A stretch of DNA of 64,000 bases from NCBI GenBank assembly GCA_013239625.1, contig MU055549.1, positions 1,699,746 to 1,763,745 on the forward strand. Direction: 5' to 3'. Positions within the stretch are counted from its first letter, which is position 1; each line of letters starts with the position of its first letter. The notes under the pieces were generated by a model, which worked only from the letters and a program-made list of their open reading frames with translations, had not been told where the DNA came from and ran no database searches. Source of the DNA: Lama guanicoe (Eukaryota). Shown piece after piece: positions 35,340 through 48,260 of this stretch. Made by a program: the position numbers and the translations under genes.

Positions 35340-35475
35340 TTTTTTTTTTGAAATTTTTACCCATTTTATTTATTTAATTATTTTTGGTTTTATTTGTTTT
35401 AATGGAGGCACTGGGGATTGAACCCGGGCCCCTGTGCATGTGAAGCGTCCGCACTATCCCTGAGCTGTGCCTCCC
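35340..35475 (-). mobile_element. tRNA-derived SINE, camelid Vic-1 type
   Basis: Reverse complement reads GGGAGGCACAGCTCAGGGATAGTGCG…GCACAGGGGCCCGGGTTCAATCCCCAGTGCCTCCATTAAAACAAATAAAA plus A-rich tail. Confidence 0.85.
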
Positions 35476-35919
35476 ATGGCAGGGCTGAATGAACTCAGGT
35501 GCCGGCCTCTCTACACCTCCATGAACTTGGGGATTCTTGGAGCCCAGGCACCTGAGGGGCCGGGGAAGGGCTTTGCCATCTGTGTTTGAACACGGAGCAC
35601 TGGGGACGCTGTCCCTGGAGCACGTTGCTCCAGGTGCAGACTAAGGGTGCCCACTGCCTGCTGTGCTCAGAGCGGATGAGGGCATCTCACCCCCACCGTG
35701 GTCCCGCCCGAGGGGCAGGTGACCCCAGTTTTCTCCTCTGGACCAAGCCCCTTGCCTTTGCTGTGACTTCTGTCACACCCCTGGGTGGCCCCTGGGTTCT
35801 GGCGCATGCAGGCAGGGACAGCCACAGGAGGAGCCCTCTGCAGGGTCAGGGTGCAGGAGGGAGAGGAGGGGGTTTCACGGCCCCCCAGCTTTCTGCTTCC
35901 CACTGTCCCTCCTGCAGCT

Positions 35920-36395
35920 GGTGAGGTCCCGTCTCCCTCTGCCTGGTTTGCCCGCTTTTCCCACAGCCAGGCAGACACACACTGCGGTGTTCCGCTCCAG
36001 CCCCGTGGTTCCCAGCCTACTCACCGCCCCCTAGGCTCCAGCATCTGGTCCTGGCCTGGCATGTGGCCCTCTCCCCTCTCCCCGTCTCTGCTCTCCTCTC
36101 CAGCCCCCGCCTTCCCTCCAGGCCCAGCACTCCCTGCAGCCCTTAGGAGCCCCAGGCATCTCTCCACAGAGGTCCCGGCCAGCTCTTGCTCATCCTTGAA
36201 CACTCAGCTGGTGTCGCCCCAGAAAGCCTCCCCAAGTGCACCTGCATGTGAGGCACCTGCTCATCTGTCACCGTCCATTCACGCGGTGCCCACCCCCCTA
36301 GACTGTGAGCCCGCGAGGGCCTGGATACACCATGACCCTCCCTCTCGCCCCCGGACAGCCGAGTACCCCACGGCAGTCCACCAGTGCTGGGTCCA
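35920..36395 (+). mobile_element. L2 3' region
   Basis: CCCCTAGACTGTGAGCCCGCGAGGGC near the end, preceded by TCATCCTTGAACACTCAGCT…AGAAAGCCTCCCC. Confidence 0.65.
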
Positions 36396-39224
36396 GGACG
36401 AGATCCTGCCTGGTGGCGGCAGCACCCCTCCCCACTGTGACCCTGGGGGCGAAGGTGTCAGAGCCTGGAGATGTGCGATGCTCCAGGGTGATGCGGACAG
36501 CCAGCGACCTTCTGCCCACACACCTGCCCGCAGAGCAACCTCTGCTGCCCAGACCGGGTTTCCAGTCCAGCCTCCCCTCAGCCCCGCTGCACTTGGCTCC
36601 CTTCTCGGGTGAAAGCAGCCCGTGCACATTTCCCAAACGTGTACGGCGCCCGCTGCATCCCTGCCACCAACGCAGACCTGGATCAGCTCTGTATTAGGAC
36701 AGGATGTTAACTCTTAACCAGAGTGAATCACGCCAGGCCCTTTGGGCAGCCCCACCTCTGGTCTGAGCCGTCACCGTTTCAGACACAGGAGGACTTGTCC
36801 GCGAGGCATGTGGTTTTCTGGGAGGGTCACGAGCGGCTGACTTCGCCTTGTCTCAGCTGCTGCGCCCGGAGAGCTGTGCCTTCGTGGAGAGAGAACGCAG
36901 ACGAAGGAGAAGATTCCATGGACGAAAGCGGATGCTTTACTGGCGAAATTACTTAAGACACTTAGGAAGCTAAAGCCGTTGTAAACCTCTCAGGTTTTTT
37001 TTTTTAATTTATTATTTTAAACCTATTAACAAGCTATGATGTTGGCTGTTATTTCCAAAAATAATTAATCATAGACGAACTCAGAGAACCCTGAAGAGGT
37101 TAAGCCGGCAGCACAGCTTGATGGATTAAAGGCTGTAATTAATATCACTCCCGCAGCCTCCTTCCACTGGCCTCTGTGACTGTGTCTCACCGACGCTTTC
37201 TCCCGCGCGTGGCGGGCCGCTGTGCCCTGCTCCACACACCAAAGAGGCCCCTTCGAGGAAGCGTGAGGTCCTGCTGGCCTTTCGTGGTGCAGATCCATCC
37301 CTGAGGAATTCCGGTTCCCTGATGGGAAGGATGTGACTGAAGTCAGGCTCATTTCCCAGTAGCCTACCCGGGGTCCGGGCGCAGGTGACAGTGACGCTGT
37401 CTCCGGGGCTGGGGCTTGGCTTTTTCCAGGTGCCACCAGAACTGCCCTGAATGGGGTTTCTCTCTACCGGGTCCCCCTGCAGGCCCTGCCTCTTCCCATA
37501 ATCGCTGCAGCTCCTCCTGCTCCCAGGCTGCTGCCCCAAGGCAGACACCTGGCCCCACCTGTGCTCATGGGACGGGAGATGTGCCGGGTCTTTCGCGATC
37601 CCCCGCCCACCAGGGGAACAGCATCGCACTCCAGGCAGCAGCTGGGCGGGGGCGGGGGTGCTGGGGACACCCGGGCCCTTTAGTCCATGGTGCCACTGGA
37701 GTCACACAGTTGACCGTGTCCAGAGGGAAAGCAAATTCAGATTGCACCATGATTTCAAGGGCCATGAGCTGGAGGAATCCCCTCTCAGCTGGTCACTTGA
37801 CCAGAAGCCATCAAGGGCATCCTGCCACACCCAGGACGTCCCAACACTGAGGCCCGGCAAGGGTGGCAGGGACACGACGTTGTGTGCGCGTGGGCCCCTG
37901 TCTGCTCTGATTGTCCCCCGACCCCGGGCGGTGAGTCTGAGGCACTACTCTTGAATCCTTTCCCCACCACTCCTTAAATCCTCTCTGTGGGCTGCTGAGA
38001 GTGCCCGCCCTCAAGTGCCCCCAGGCCGCACCGCCCACTCTGCATGGCTCACCCCCTGGGGCTGCCCGACGGGGACTCGCACCTTGCTCGCTCCCGGGCG
38101 CACACCCTGCACCCCGTGTGCCCGGCGTGTGGCGTGACGCGTCCGGCACCTCGGCTCTGCGCCATTTCCCGAGGCTCTAACTTCACAGGTCTTCACGTTG
38201 ACTGTCACTCACGCATCTTACACACGGGAACAGAAAACCAAGAGGGAAAGTGAGGGTCTCGTGCTCCAGGGACGCGCGCCCCACCCCAGGGCCCGCTTCC
38301 TTGGACGGCTAGTACTTTTATGTTTTTGTTTTGTTTTAATTTTCGTCAGTTAACTTTTCCATTGTAACCAGGCTGTTGATGTTTTCGTTTCTTGATGTGT
38401 CGGCTTTAGACAATGGCTGTTGACGTCGCAGGAAAGGTGAGGAATGTTCCGAGTCCTCTCTGGCCGCATGATAGGAGAGAGAGCTTTTGCTGACAAAGCA
38501 ACTCTCCCAGCGCACCGCCCCGGGCAGGGGATCAGCGGGACGGCCACCTACTTAACGCGTGATCTGGCCGGTCAGCAGTTCGGGCCGAGTCGAGGCGGCG
38601 GTCCTCTCCCTGGTGTAACACGCTTGAAAGCTTTGTGGGTTTTCTGTGCATCAGATTCAACAAAAGCCACACGCACGCGCTTTGCGGAGATGCAGCCGTC
38701 AGCGGCGGCAGGACGGGCCTTCTGCAGGCTTTCAGTGGCCAGAGTCCTCAGCGGCCTTTTCCCCAGCTGCTGGACGCCAGCCCGAACCATTTGGAGGCCT
38801 TACCGAAGTCTTTTACGGGAACTGGTTTTACTCGGTTTGGGGCCCAGGCCCCACTGCACTTTGAGGATCACTTGCAGCTGGGGCCTTGGGGTGAGAAACA
38901 GGTTCCTTTCTTCCAACTCTGCACATCTGGGCCCCTCTCAATTCCACTTGCAAACTGAACAAACCTTTCTTCAGCTCGTCTTGCCCGTCTCCTGCCTCGT
39001 CACCAGCAGACCACGGCAGCTGACTGACGCCTGCAGCCTTTCGCCTGGAAATCATCTTCCCAGCTCAGCGACTCTGGTCACTGAGTGTATCTTCCACCTT
39101 CCAAGTGAGCACAGGCAGTGGCCTTGCTGACGGTTCCCACGCTCCATAAACGGGACCCAGCGTCCTCATGTAAATGCCATGCTTTGTAGGTTTTTGCCTT
39201 GGCAGCCCTTTCTGTACAGCTCTC

Positions 39225-39610
39225 TGTGACAGTCACACACTGCCACGTGACCAACCACTCCAGAACCTAGTGGCTTAAACAACCGGGGTTATTTAGCTCA
39301 CGATGCCCCGGGTCAGCACTTGGGGCCACGCTCCACTGGGTGGTTCTTCTGTGGCTCCCAGCTGGTCCCCCATGTGTCACCATCAGCTGTCATTTTGCCC
39401 CCTGGCTGGCTGATCCAGGTGGTATTAACCACACACCTGTCTGCCAACTTCAGCAGCGAGCAAAGGGGTCGGGCCACGTGCCCCTCCTCCCTGAGGCCAC
39501 GCTTTCCACGTGGAGGTCATGCGATTCTAGGCACAGCGAGACAGGGGAGACCTCAACATGCGAGCAGTTTTCAGGTCTGCCCGAGTCACATTGGCTTCTG
39601 TCCCACTGGC
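39225..39610. mobile_element. MLT1-type (ERVL-MaLR) LTR relic
   Basis: ACCAACCACTCCAGAACCTAGTGGCTTAAACAAC…ATTTAGCTCACGAT…GGGTGGTTCTTCTG. Confidence 0.65.
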
Positions 39611-40469
39611 GAGGCAGATACGATGGTCCAGGCGAGGGCCGGTGCGGGTGGCCTTCCAAGGGACTCGGACCCGGGGCAGTGTGAGCAAACAGGGGTCTGT
39701 CACCACACAGCCTCCCTGAGGGCTGGGCTCAGCCGCACAGGCCCTCACCGTGACGCCGTGTCTTCTCAAATATTCCAACTAAATACCCTCTCAATAAAGC
39801 ATGGGTGAATAAAACACTTCAACTTCTCATTCTTTTCCCATAAGGTGCTGAGTTTCTTCCCTAACGTGGTGATCTCTCTTTTACAGCATGGGGAGACCAG
39901 CTCCCCGACTTCCCTCGCAGCCCGCCTTTGGGGAAGCTGCGCTTTTCCAGGCCAGGGGTGCTGACGATGGTGGCCTCGCCCACGGGCACCGCTGGGGCTC
40001 TCTGGCTTCCTCCACAGGCTGGCTCTGCAAGCTGACAAATAAGTAGATAAGTAAAAAGCTGTCACTGTTACAGTCAGGAAGATGACGTTCCACAGGGAGT
40101 CCCCACCCCCGGGACAATGTGTCATCCTCAGAGCCCGACAGACACACAGACGCGTCTCTCATGGCTCGTGCTCGCGCCGGATTAAGCCATGGCTTCCTCC
40201 GTGTCTCGGCTCGGCTGCCCCGCCGTTCCTTGTTCTTCACTCTCACGTGTGGCCAGTGTCTTTCTCACATTCCTCACTGTACTTTTCTATCCTGTTTTTC
40301 TTCTTTTTCCCAGAGGCACGTCCTTCCTCAAAGCGCCTGTCTTTCTGATTCTCTTCCTCTCGGCAGTTCCCTCCTGCGGGGAGGCTGGGCCTCCGTGTCA
40401 GTGCCCCGCTGGCGCTGAGCCACCGCATTTGGTGTCTTCTCCTTCCCTCGTTCACAGCCGCACTTTCCT

Positions 40470-40850
40470 GGAGCATCTCCTAAGACAACATCTGGTTTCT
40501 TTGATGTTTACAATTCTTGTTTGTCTGCAAACTTGATTGACAGGTTGCCTATTATACAATGATTTGCTTGAATTGTTTTTCTCCGAATTTTTGAAGACAT
40601 TGTTCTAATATCTCCTAAAACCTGAGCTCACAAAGGGGAAGGTGTCTTCCAGCCGGTGTTACTTTAGAGGAGACTTGGGTTTTCTTTGTGGAAAAATACT
40701 ACAGTCATGCCTTCATTTATCTTTGATGTTTACTGATTCTCTGATGACGTCTACACATTTTAAAAGTATCAGTTTTGTGGAAAATTCTATGAACTTTTTC
40801 GATATAAAGAGTCATGTTCTTCGTTGCCTCTGGGAAATTCTCCTGTTTAC
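40470..40850 (-). mobile_element. Old L1M fragment
   Basis: TTTTCTCCGAATTTTTGAAGACATTGTTCTA…TTTATCTTTGATGTT, reverse L1 ORF1-region-like. Confidence 0.5.
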
Positions 40851-41077
40851 AGGTACAAACACAGGTGCATATTCACACACGTGCAGTTCATATATACTCT
40901 ACGCTGCTGCATTTATGTTATATGCTATACGCAGTGCAAAGTAGTGCACTGTGCTCTGTGTGGCGTAACAGCAAATGCGCGTCGTACGTGGTGTAATAGA
41001 GACGGTCTGTCCCACGGAACGCCCCGCTTCTGCGTGTTGGGCTGTGTCTGGGTTCCCTGTTCGGGGTGCGGCCAGCA

Positions 41078-41322
41078 CCTGCCCCGCCCCCCGGCCCCGC
41101 CCTCCCCGGCCCAGCCCCATGCCCCGCCATCCCATGCCCCGCCCTCCCCTGCCCCGCCNNNNNNNNNNNNNNNNNNNNNNNNNNNNNNNNNNNNNNNNNN
41201 NNNNNNNNNNNNNNNNNNNNNNNNNNNNNNNNNNNNNNNNNNNNNNNNNNNNNNNNNNNNNNNNNNNNNNNNNNNNNNNNNNNNNNNNNNCCTCCCATGC
41301 CCCGCCCCCACTACCCCGCCCT
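41078..41322. repeat. C-rich ~15-bp minisatellite (CCCTCCCATGCCCCG-like) spanning a 132-N assembly gap (41159-41290)
   Basis: The same unit is present on both sides of the N run. Confidence 0.85.
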
Positions 41323-41859
41323 CAGCTCTGCTCTCCTCTTTATCTGCCCCCACACCCCGGGTGACGCCTTCTCTCTGAGCATCTTAGTCCGTCTCTGTCT
41401 TGCTGCCACGTCTCCTCGTGTTTCCCTCCTGCTCTTTCCTGGTTGAGGAGAAGACGTGGGCGTGGCTGTGGGTCTCCTCTGCTCCACAGGAGGGGGCACC
41501 AGAGCCTCTTGGGTCTCAGCCGAGTGACCCAATGCCTCTGCGTCCCCCTGACCAGGGACGCTGGGCCATGGCTCCTCTGCCCCTCACCTCCCTGAAGCCT
41601 GTGGCATCTCCCCTGGTAGTGACGTCCCTCTGCTCGCCCTCCCGTGAGCTCTTCACCTTCTTGGTTCTGTGTTTGTGTGTTGGGAAGGGATGAGCGGCCG
41701 TCGCACCTCCATGATCTTCAGGCGTCAGGATGTGTGTGAGCGTTTAAGAACGTCTGATTACTGTCCTCCCACAGGGCTGGCATCCACAGGGCAGGGCTGG
41801 GCTTGTGCCCACTGTCACATCTCCGCACCTCACACTGGGCCTGGCCTCAGGGACAGACC

Positions 41860-41990
41860 TTCATTCGTTCATTCAGCAGGTGCTCATCGAGGTCTTACCG
41901 CTACCAGGGGTTGAGATGGTCAGTTTATGAAAGAGGCAAAAAGTCCCTGCTCTCGGGCGCTTCCAGGTCAGACGGAGCACGCAGATAGCA
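41860..41990 (-). mobile_element. L2 3'-end fragment
   Basis: TTCATTCGTTCATTCAGCAGGTGCTCATCGAGG…AAAAGTCCCTGCTCTCGGG. Confidence 0.6.
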
Positions 41991-44900
41991 GACAGTAAGT
42001 CAGCTCCTTAAATGCCTTCAGTAAAGGAATGAAGGGGGACAGCGCAGGGGAAGGAGGGGACCTTTCCCAACTCCCGTGTGGGTGACAAAGCACCTGCAAC
42101 CGGAGGAGGATGCAGACGTGGGGCCACACGGTGAGGGCGCTGTCCCGGGGGCCCGACCCCCAGCTCCGTCCACCTCTGTGCCCAGAACTGGTGTGACAGG
42201 TGACTGTGCTCCTGAAACAAGGTCTCTGCGTAGAATGAAAGTCGGGGGTGACGTGGTGTGGCCGAGCTCCCAGGGACGGTGTTGTGAGGTTGCAGTCCCG
42301 TCCCAGCACAAGGACAGGTAATGATTCAGGTCCAGGGAGAGGCTCTTCCCCCGACCCCCGTTCCCATTTCCCACCTGGCTGGCATCGCAGTCCTCTGTAT
42401 CCTGGGGAGCTTTATGAGCCCCCATTGTAGAGGCCACGAGGCGCCCTGGAAGGGTCTTGGCTGTGCCCCGAGCTGGTGCGGGGTCTGTGCAGATCAGGAA
42501 GTGACCACAATCCCCGTCGCGCAGGAGCCGGGGCCAAAAGTCAAGCGGCACGATTTCCATGGCGCCGGGAGCAATTTCCTCCCCGGGCACCTGGCGTCCC
42601 GGTCTTCAAGGTCAATCCCATAAACCCTCTCTGCTTCTGCTGCTCCGCTGGCCTCTGGTTACTCTTCCCTCGGCAGCTGGGTTCTGAGTAGTGGAGGCGC
42701 TGGGCATCCCTGCAGACAAAAATCTCTGACTGTGGTGTTTCCGAAAGCTGTCTGCTTATCACCAGGGTTGTTTCCACCATTGGACCACTTGTCCAAATCT
42801 GCAAAAGCTTTCTTTCGAGGTAATAAGTAAGCAGATAACAAGGGAACGTGTTCTTTGTTCGACATGCCTTTATTTGGGGAGATAAGACATACGCTGACAT
42901 CTCACTCTCGTAGTCGCTCCGGGCGCCCTGCATGTCTTCGGTGGGCATCCCCATATCGGCACATCTTTGGTTCCCATATCAGCAAACAGTTTATGGACTG
43001 TTACTTATTTTTTATGTCTGATAAAGGCTGCATTCAAGTGAAGGTGTGGAATTACATTTCAAAAAGGGGGCTGCAGATACGACTTTGTCTCTACTGAGAG
43101 TGAAATAGTCTGTCCCAGCTCAGCTCCGCGCTGCACCGCGTCCCAGCTGCGTGGTTCCTGCGGCCTCAGGGGACTGTTTTTTGGGAAAAGGGCTCTGCTT
43201 GCTTAACAGCAGGTGGCAGAGCGCAGGTGCTGCTTGGGGCCTTTGCTTCAGTCTTCTTGGAGCTCAAATGTGTGCCTGGCAAGGAGACAGCGTCGGAACG
43301 CACTGTCTGCCAGGGGCGCCCTGGTGACCAGGCGGGATGGACCACACCCAGCAGTGCGCGGTGTCTGCGGGCAGAGGGCTCCGGGCCTGCAGCGCTGGGC
43401 GGAGGCTGCTGCCAGCCCTCCTTCCCTTCAGCCCAGCTTCCTGATGGCGAGAGGTTGGGCCATCCAGCCCACTTCCAGCCCGTTTCTGGCCCGCGGCCCC
43501 AGGGCTCCTGCAGCAGTCACCACCGGCCCCCATGGGAGCGTCTAGTCAGGCCCTGTTCTCGATGGTCCAGCGACACTGCGGGGGCACAGATGCAAGCGTG
43601 GTTTCCTGTTTCTCAGAGTCTTGGGACACTCAAAGCAACAGCAGAGAGAGCAGCCAGGCGTGGAAACACGCCTCTGCCTGGACGAGGCCCCTCCCCGTTT
43701 CCTGGGAGCCCCTGCGTGAAACGCAGCCTGGCTGTCCTCTCCTTCGCAGGGATGCCGTCCTGGGCCAGGAGGTTCTGCAGGTGGTGGGCTTCGGGCAGTG
43801 TCGGAGGGGTGCCCCAGCCCTACAGAGCATGGACTTGCTCCGTGACCCTTCCTTTTGGACTGAAACCTGAGCACCTTCTGCAGAAATGTTTCAAAATATC
43901 AGATCCAGGGAGCAATAGTGTTATTGGTGCTCCATGAGGAGTCCTTAATGAGATACCTGTGCCAGCCGTGGTCCCGAGGGCAGTGCCAGCCTGAAGGGCG
44001 AGGCTGACCCAGGGCGGGGGGAGGGTGGCAGGCATCAGGCAGACCCTGATGTCACTAACGTTTCCTCGAGATTCCAAAACACCAAAAAGCATTTTGATGA
44101 AAATAAAGCAATTTATTTCTCCATGCTTGAGTTAGGAGTGCTCTGAATTAGGACTTGGGGGGTGGGGGGCCACCCACAATACTCTGATTCAAAAATTGAT
44201 AAAATATCTAATCTAAGAGCACGTGAATATGAGCAGATGCAACTCAGTTCTCAGTACGTGTGATGAAAGAGCGTTGAAATGCAAACTGCTGGTTGTCATG
44301 GGGTCCAGCCCCTTCCACCTGCACGGGAGTATTTACAAGAGAGTGATTTGGCCGTTCCTCTGCCCATCTGACCGCTGGACCAGCTGCTCCAGCAGCGTGT
44401 GCGTGGCTCCTGCATCACTGCCAGTGGTGAGCGCGGTCTCGCCGTGAAGAGCCCTAGCCGCCCCCGCCAGGTGTGCATAGTCACTGGCTTCTTTCCAGTG
44501 TCTCGGAGTGAAGCATGAAACTGCCCCAACCTCACTCTTTGCTTCAAGGCTGAGAAGTATTTTGCCCTCGGTGCCTCCTTGTATCCCTGAAAACTTGTGT
44601 GCAGACACGGGAGCCCCACGGCCTCCGCTCGGATGTGGCTCGGCCAAGCACGGCAAGGTCACATTTTCAATCTTCAGTTCACTCAGCAAAGATTTGCTGC
44701 CCGCCTGCCTGGAGTCAGCACGGAGGATGTGGGGTCAGCGGCGTGGTCCCCGGGCTTGCCAAGTGCACAGTGCTGGAAGTAGTGACAAACACTGACCGCC
44801 ACACAGCACCGAGAGCCCCGGCTTCCAGTGCGCCTGAGGGATGCAGCGCCCCTGGGAAACAGTGCCATGCGAAGCGGGGAAATTTTATGCAAGTCATCTA

Positions 44901-45059
44901 CAATTTTAATTCATCAGATACCAGGCAACTAAGTATTAAATTAGGGGACACACTAACGTACCTTCCTTTATACATTCACTTGTTTCTATAAATAGCCATT
45001 AAGCATCTACTTTGTGCAAAGAACTGATTGTGGGAAATCTTGAGAAACAAGTACACATC

Positions 45060-45360
45060 TCTGCCCTTGAGGGGTGCACCTCACAACGCACGAAGCAAAT
45101 GGTAAACAAAGGCGAGGTGTCTTAGGGGGTCGTGTGAGATAGTGACAGCATCTGGGACTCAGAGTGACAGACAAGAAGGGAGGTCCGGGTGCAGAGGGGC
45201 TCTCACGGATCAAAGGGGGGTCAGAGAGGCTCACTGGAAGGTGACCTTTGTGGCAAAGCTGGAAGGAGGTGAGGAGTTCAGCCCCGTGGCTCTCTGTCGG
45301 GGGGACCATTCCAGCAGCAGGGACGGCCCCCACAGAGACCCAGGTCAGGAGTGAGTCTCA
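45060..45360 (-). mobile_element. L2 fragment
   Basis: GGTCAGAGAGGCTCACTGGAAGGTGACCTTTG…GAAGGAGGTGAGGAG…CATTCCAGCAGCAGGGAC. Confidence 0.6.
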
Positions 45361-45396
45361 CATGCTCAGAGTCCCACAGGGAGGATTAGGTGGGTG

Positions 45397-45518
45397 TGGC
45401 GGGAGACGGGGTCGGGAGGATGGCGGGAGACGGGGTCGGGAGCATGGTGGGGAGACGGGGTCTGGAGGATGGCGGGAGACGGAGTCGGAGGGATGGTGGG
45501 GAGACGGGCATTGGAGGA
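45397..45518 (+). repeat. G-rich minisatellite, 5 units of 24-25 bp (TGGCGGGAGACGGGGTCGGGAGGA)
   Basis: Units start at 45397, 45421, 45445, 45470 and 45494. Confidence 0.9.
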
Positions 45519-46379
45519 AATTGCAAGATGGACTCCCACTGCTTGTGCCCCGAGGCCTCTGCAGGGTTGGGACAAGGATGTGCCACAGCGTGTCTCATAG
45601 TGAGAAGCACCCCTCTGGCTGCTAAGAATAAACTGGGTGGGGGCAAAGGGGGAAGCAGACGCTCACATGATAAAATTTACTAGATCAAATGTCGTCTATT
45701 CACGTCAAGTTGCTGACCCATGTAAACGGACGGCTCAGTTGAAGGTCTGGAGTGCACCGGCCTGCAGGGACGTGGCTCGGCGCTCTTCTCCCCGGAGTCT
45801 GAGCTCCTGGTGGGTCCTCCGACAGACCCGGTTGTCTGCAGTGTCCTCACTCCTGGGTCGTTGGCAGCTGTGATCCGAGATGGGGAGAGAGACAATTGAA
45901 AGGTTTACAGCTCTTCCCCCCAGGGGGACGGCTGAGATGGAACAGACGTCGTTTTCTAGCTGCCGATGTGCTAACCGCTCCAGCCTTGCTAACTGCCGCC
46001 ACCGCGATGGGAGAACGCGGTCGTCACCTCCAAGACAGTCGCCTGAGCAGCGCGAACTCCGAGCCTCAGTCCTCCATCTGCAGGTCAGGAAGCCCTGGTT
46101 TCCTCAGAACTTTCCCAGAAAAGATTTTAATAATTTTGCTCCATGGGCTTCATATTTCATCTCAGGATTTTAGCAATTTGTTGTGCTTCACAGCTAGTGA
46201 TAAATTGCAAAAATATTGTTTGTCTTAGCAGTCATTCATGAAATCGCATTAGGAAAAGTAGCTGCTTTTCCTAGAAGTGTGTTTCCAGCCGTGGGCTTGA
46301 AAGGTGTGTCGGGCCTTTTAGATGCAATGGATTGGGGTCAGCTGGAGCAGGAAAGAATCAAAACATAAATACTTGATCA

Positions 46380-46701
46380 CCAAGTATTTATATTTTGATG
46401 GTAACTATGATGAGGGTAACTATGGTTACCGGGTGGGGGGGGAGGAGGGATAAATTGGAATTCTGAGATTTGCAGATACTAACTACCATATATATAATAG
46501 ATAAACCTCAGGTTTCTACTGTACAGCACAGGGAGCTCTATTCAGAATCTTGTAGTCACCTAGAATGAAAAAGAATCTGAAAATGAATGTCTGTGTGTGT
46601 ATGACTGAAACACGACGCTGTGCGGCAGACACTGACACAGCGTTGCCAACCGACTGTACTTCACTGAAAAAGTAGGAAATGAGAAGAAAAAATACATACA
46701 T
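46380..46701 (+). mobile_element. 5'-truncated camelid/artiodactyl L1 3' UTR with 17-bp TSD
   Basis: TATGGTTACC…GGGATAAATTGGAATTCTGAGATTTGCAGATACTAACTAC…ACTGTACAGCACAGGGAGCT…GACTGTACTTCA plus A-rich tail. TSD ACATAAATACTTGATCA (46363-46379) / ACATAGATACTTGATCA (46702-46718). Confidence 0.88.
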
Positions 46702-47942
46702 ACATAGATACTTGATCATCTGCTTCCAAGAATTTTTAAAGAATTAAATCATTTCTTAGAAGTTTAATGGAAATTAAAACCACGGAGTCTCTTTTTTCCT
46801 GCAGACTATATTTAATAGTTTTAAAACTTATGTTTTCCTGCACCATTAAAAGTGGATTATAGAGTTACGTAAAAACAGTGCTAACTGGGGAAAACATCTG
46901 GAGAGAAAAGGGCTAGTGAGCTGCAGAAATGAGAGGGCAAAGTCCCCAAAGACAGGGAGACTTGAACGCCTGGCCTCGATTCCCTACGTGTGCGCGCGTG
47001 TATACATATGTACTGACACATCCACACCACACACACGTGTATGAACGGTGTCTCCTGCTTATGAAAATATAATGCTGGGAATAAGGGATCAAGAAGGCAG
47101 GAACACGTGCATTAATAAATCTACAGAATAAATGTAGTTTTGTCAATAATCACAAATCCAAACGACAAAGGGCTCTCGATATTTTCCTGTAAGAGTCCCG
47201 CCCCCTCTTCTGGACTGCGCTCCCCCTGCGGGAGAAGCTGCTGGAGACAGTCTCGGAGGCTTCTGTTAGCCGGATAAAGTGTCCTTCTGAAAACATTTTG
47301 GGAATTCTATCATTTCCTTTGTAGACGTTGGCACCCTCTGAAATTCCGTCTCAGGACGCGGGAAGCTGAGTCTGGGCGGAGCTCTCTGTGATATTTAAAA
47401 CTGACAGCAACTTGCATCTCCGATCGTCTGAGGTACCAATGGTTCCTTGAAGTAACTCTTCTATGTAGCCTTTTAGAAAAGCTATTTACCAAGACCCCGG
47501 AGTAATGTGGAATGCTGACCACACGGGGTGTTGCTCAGCTGCGGGGACTGGAGGCGGGTGGGGACTTTCAGGAGACGAGTCCCGCGTCTCGGTCCAGGCC
47601 TCCTGTCTCGTGAGCTGGGGAGTGAGCTCGGGTGGTGGGGCGAGGGCGGGAGGGGTCCGCAGGCAGCTCCCGGCGGACGGCTGTCTGTGCGCACGCTCCT
47701 TGAGGAGTCAGCACTCCTAGAGCACGATTGCTGTGTTCCTGGCAATTCTACAAACGGCAATTTAAAAGAGAAAGAACACAAGCTTTTTTAAAACTTTTTT
47801 CAGGACTCATCAACCTCTCACTCACTTCTTGTGAACAAAGATGAGCTATGGCCCAGGTCGTGGGCGATGACTCAGTTAGCAGGCTTCCTCAGAGCCTCTT
47901 CTGGGAGGTGCACGTGGGCTCGTGCTGGTTGCAGGGGTGAGG

Positions 47943-48260
47943 TGTATCAGTTATCCCCCCAGTGGAGCCGCGTAACAAATGCACAATCCCAGCGGGGGCA
48001 GCAATAGGCGTCAGCTGGGCAGCTGCTTGTCAGGTGCGGGCTGGCTGGCAGCCACGGGACCAGGATGGTCTCGTGCAGAATTGCGAGTGCCCTGCATGGC
48101 CCCGTCCTTGGCCAGCCGTGTGGCATGGGGATGCAGAAGTGCGAGAGGGGGAGAGCCCGGCAGCACGGGTGCTTCAAGCCACAGTCGCGTCACGTGGGCT
48201 AACGTGCCCTCAGCCCCAGGCCGGACACTGAGGGTCAGGGAGGAGGCACGACGGTCCCTT
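47943..48260. mobile_element. MLT1-type LTR relic
   Basis: Starts TGTATCAGTTATC…GCCGCGTAACAAA. Strongly diverged. Confidence 0.45.

Noticed and set aside
45397-45518. CRISPR-like array
   Set aside because: Head-to-tail tandem units without unique spacers in a mammalian intron, and no cas genes.
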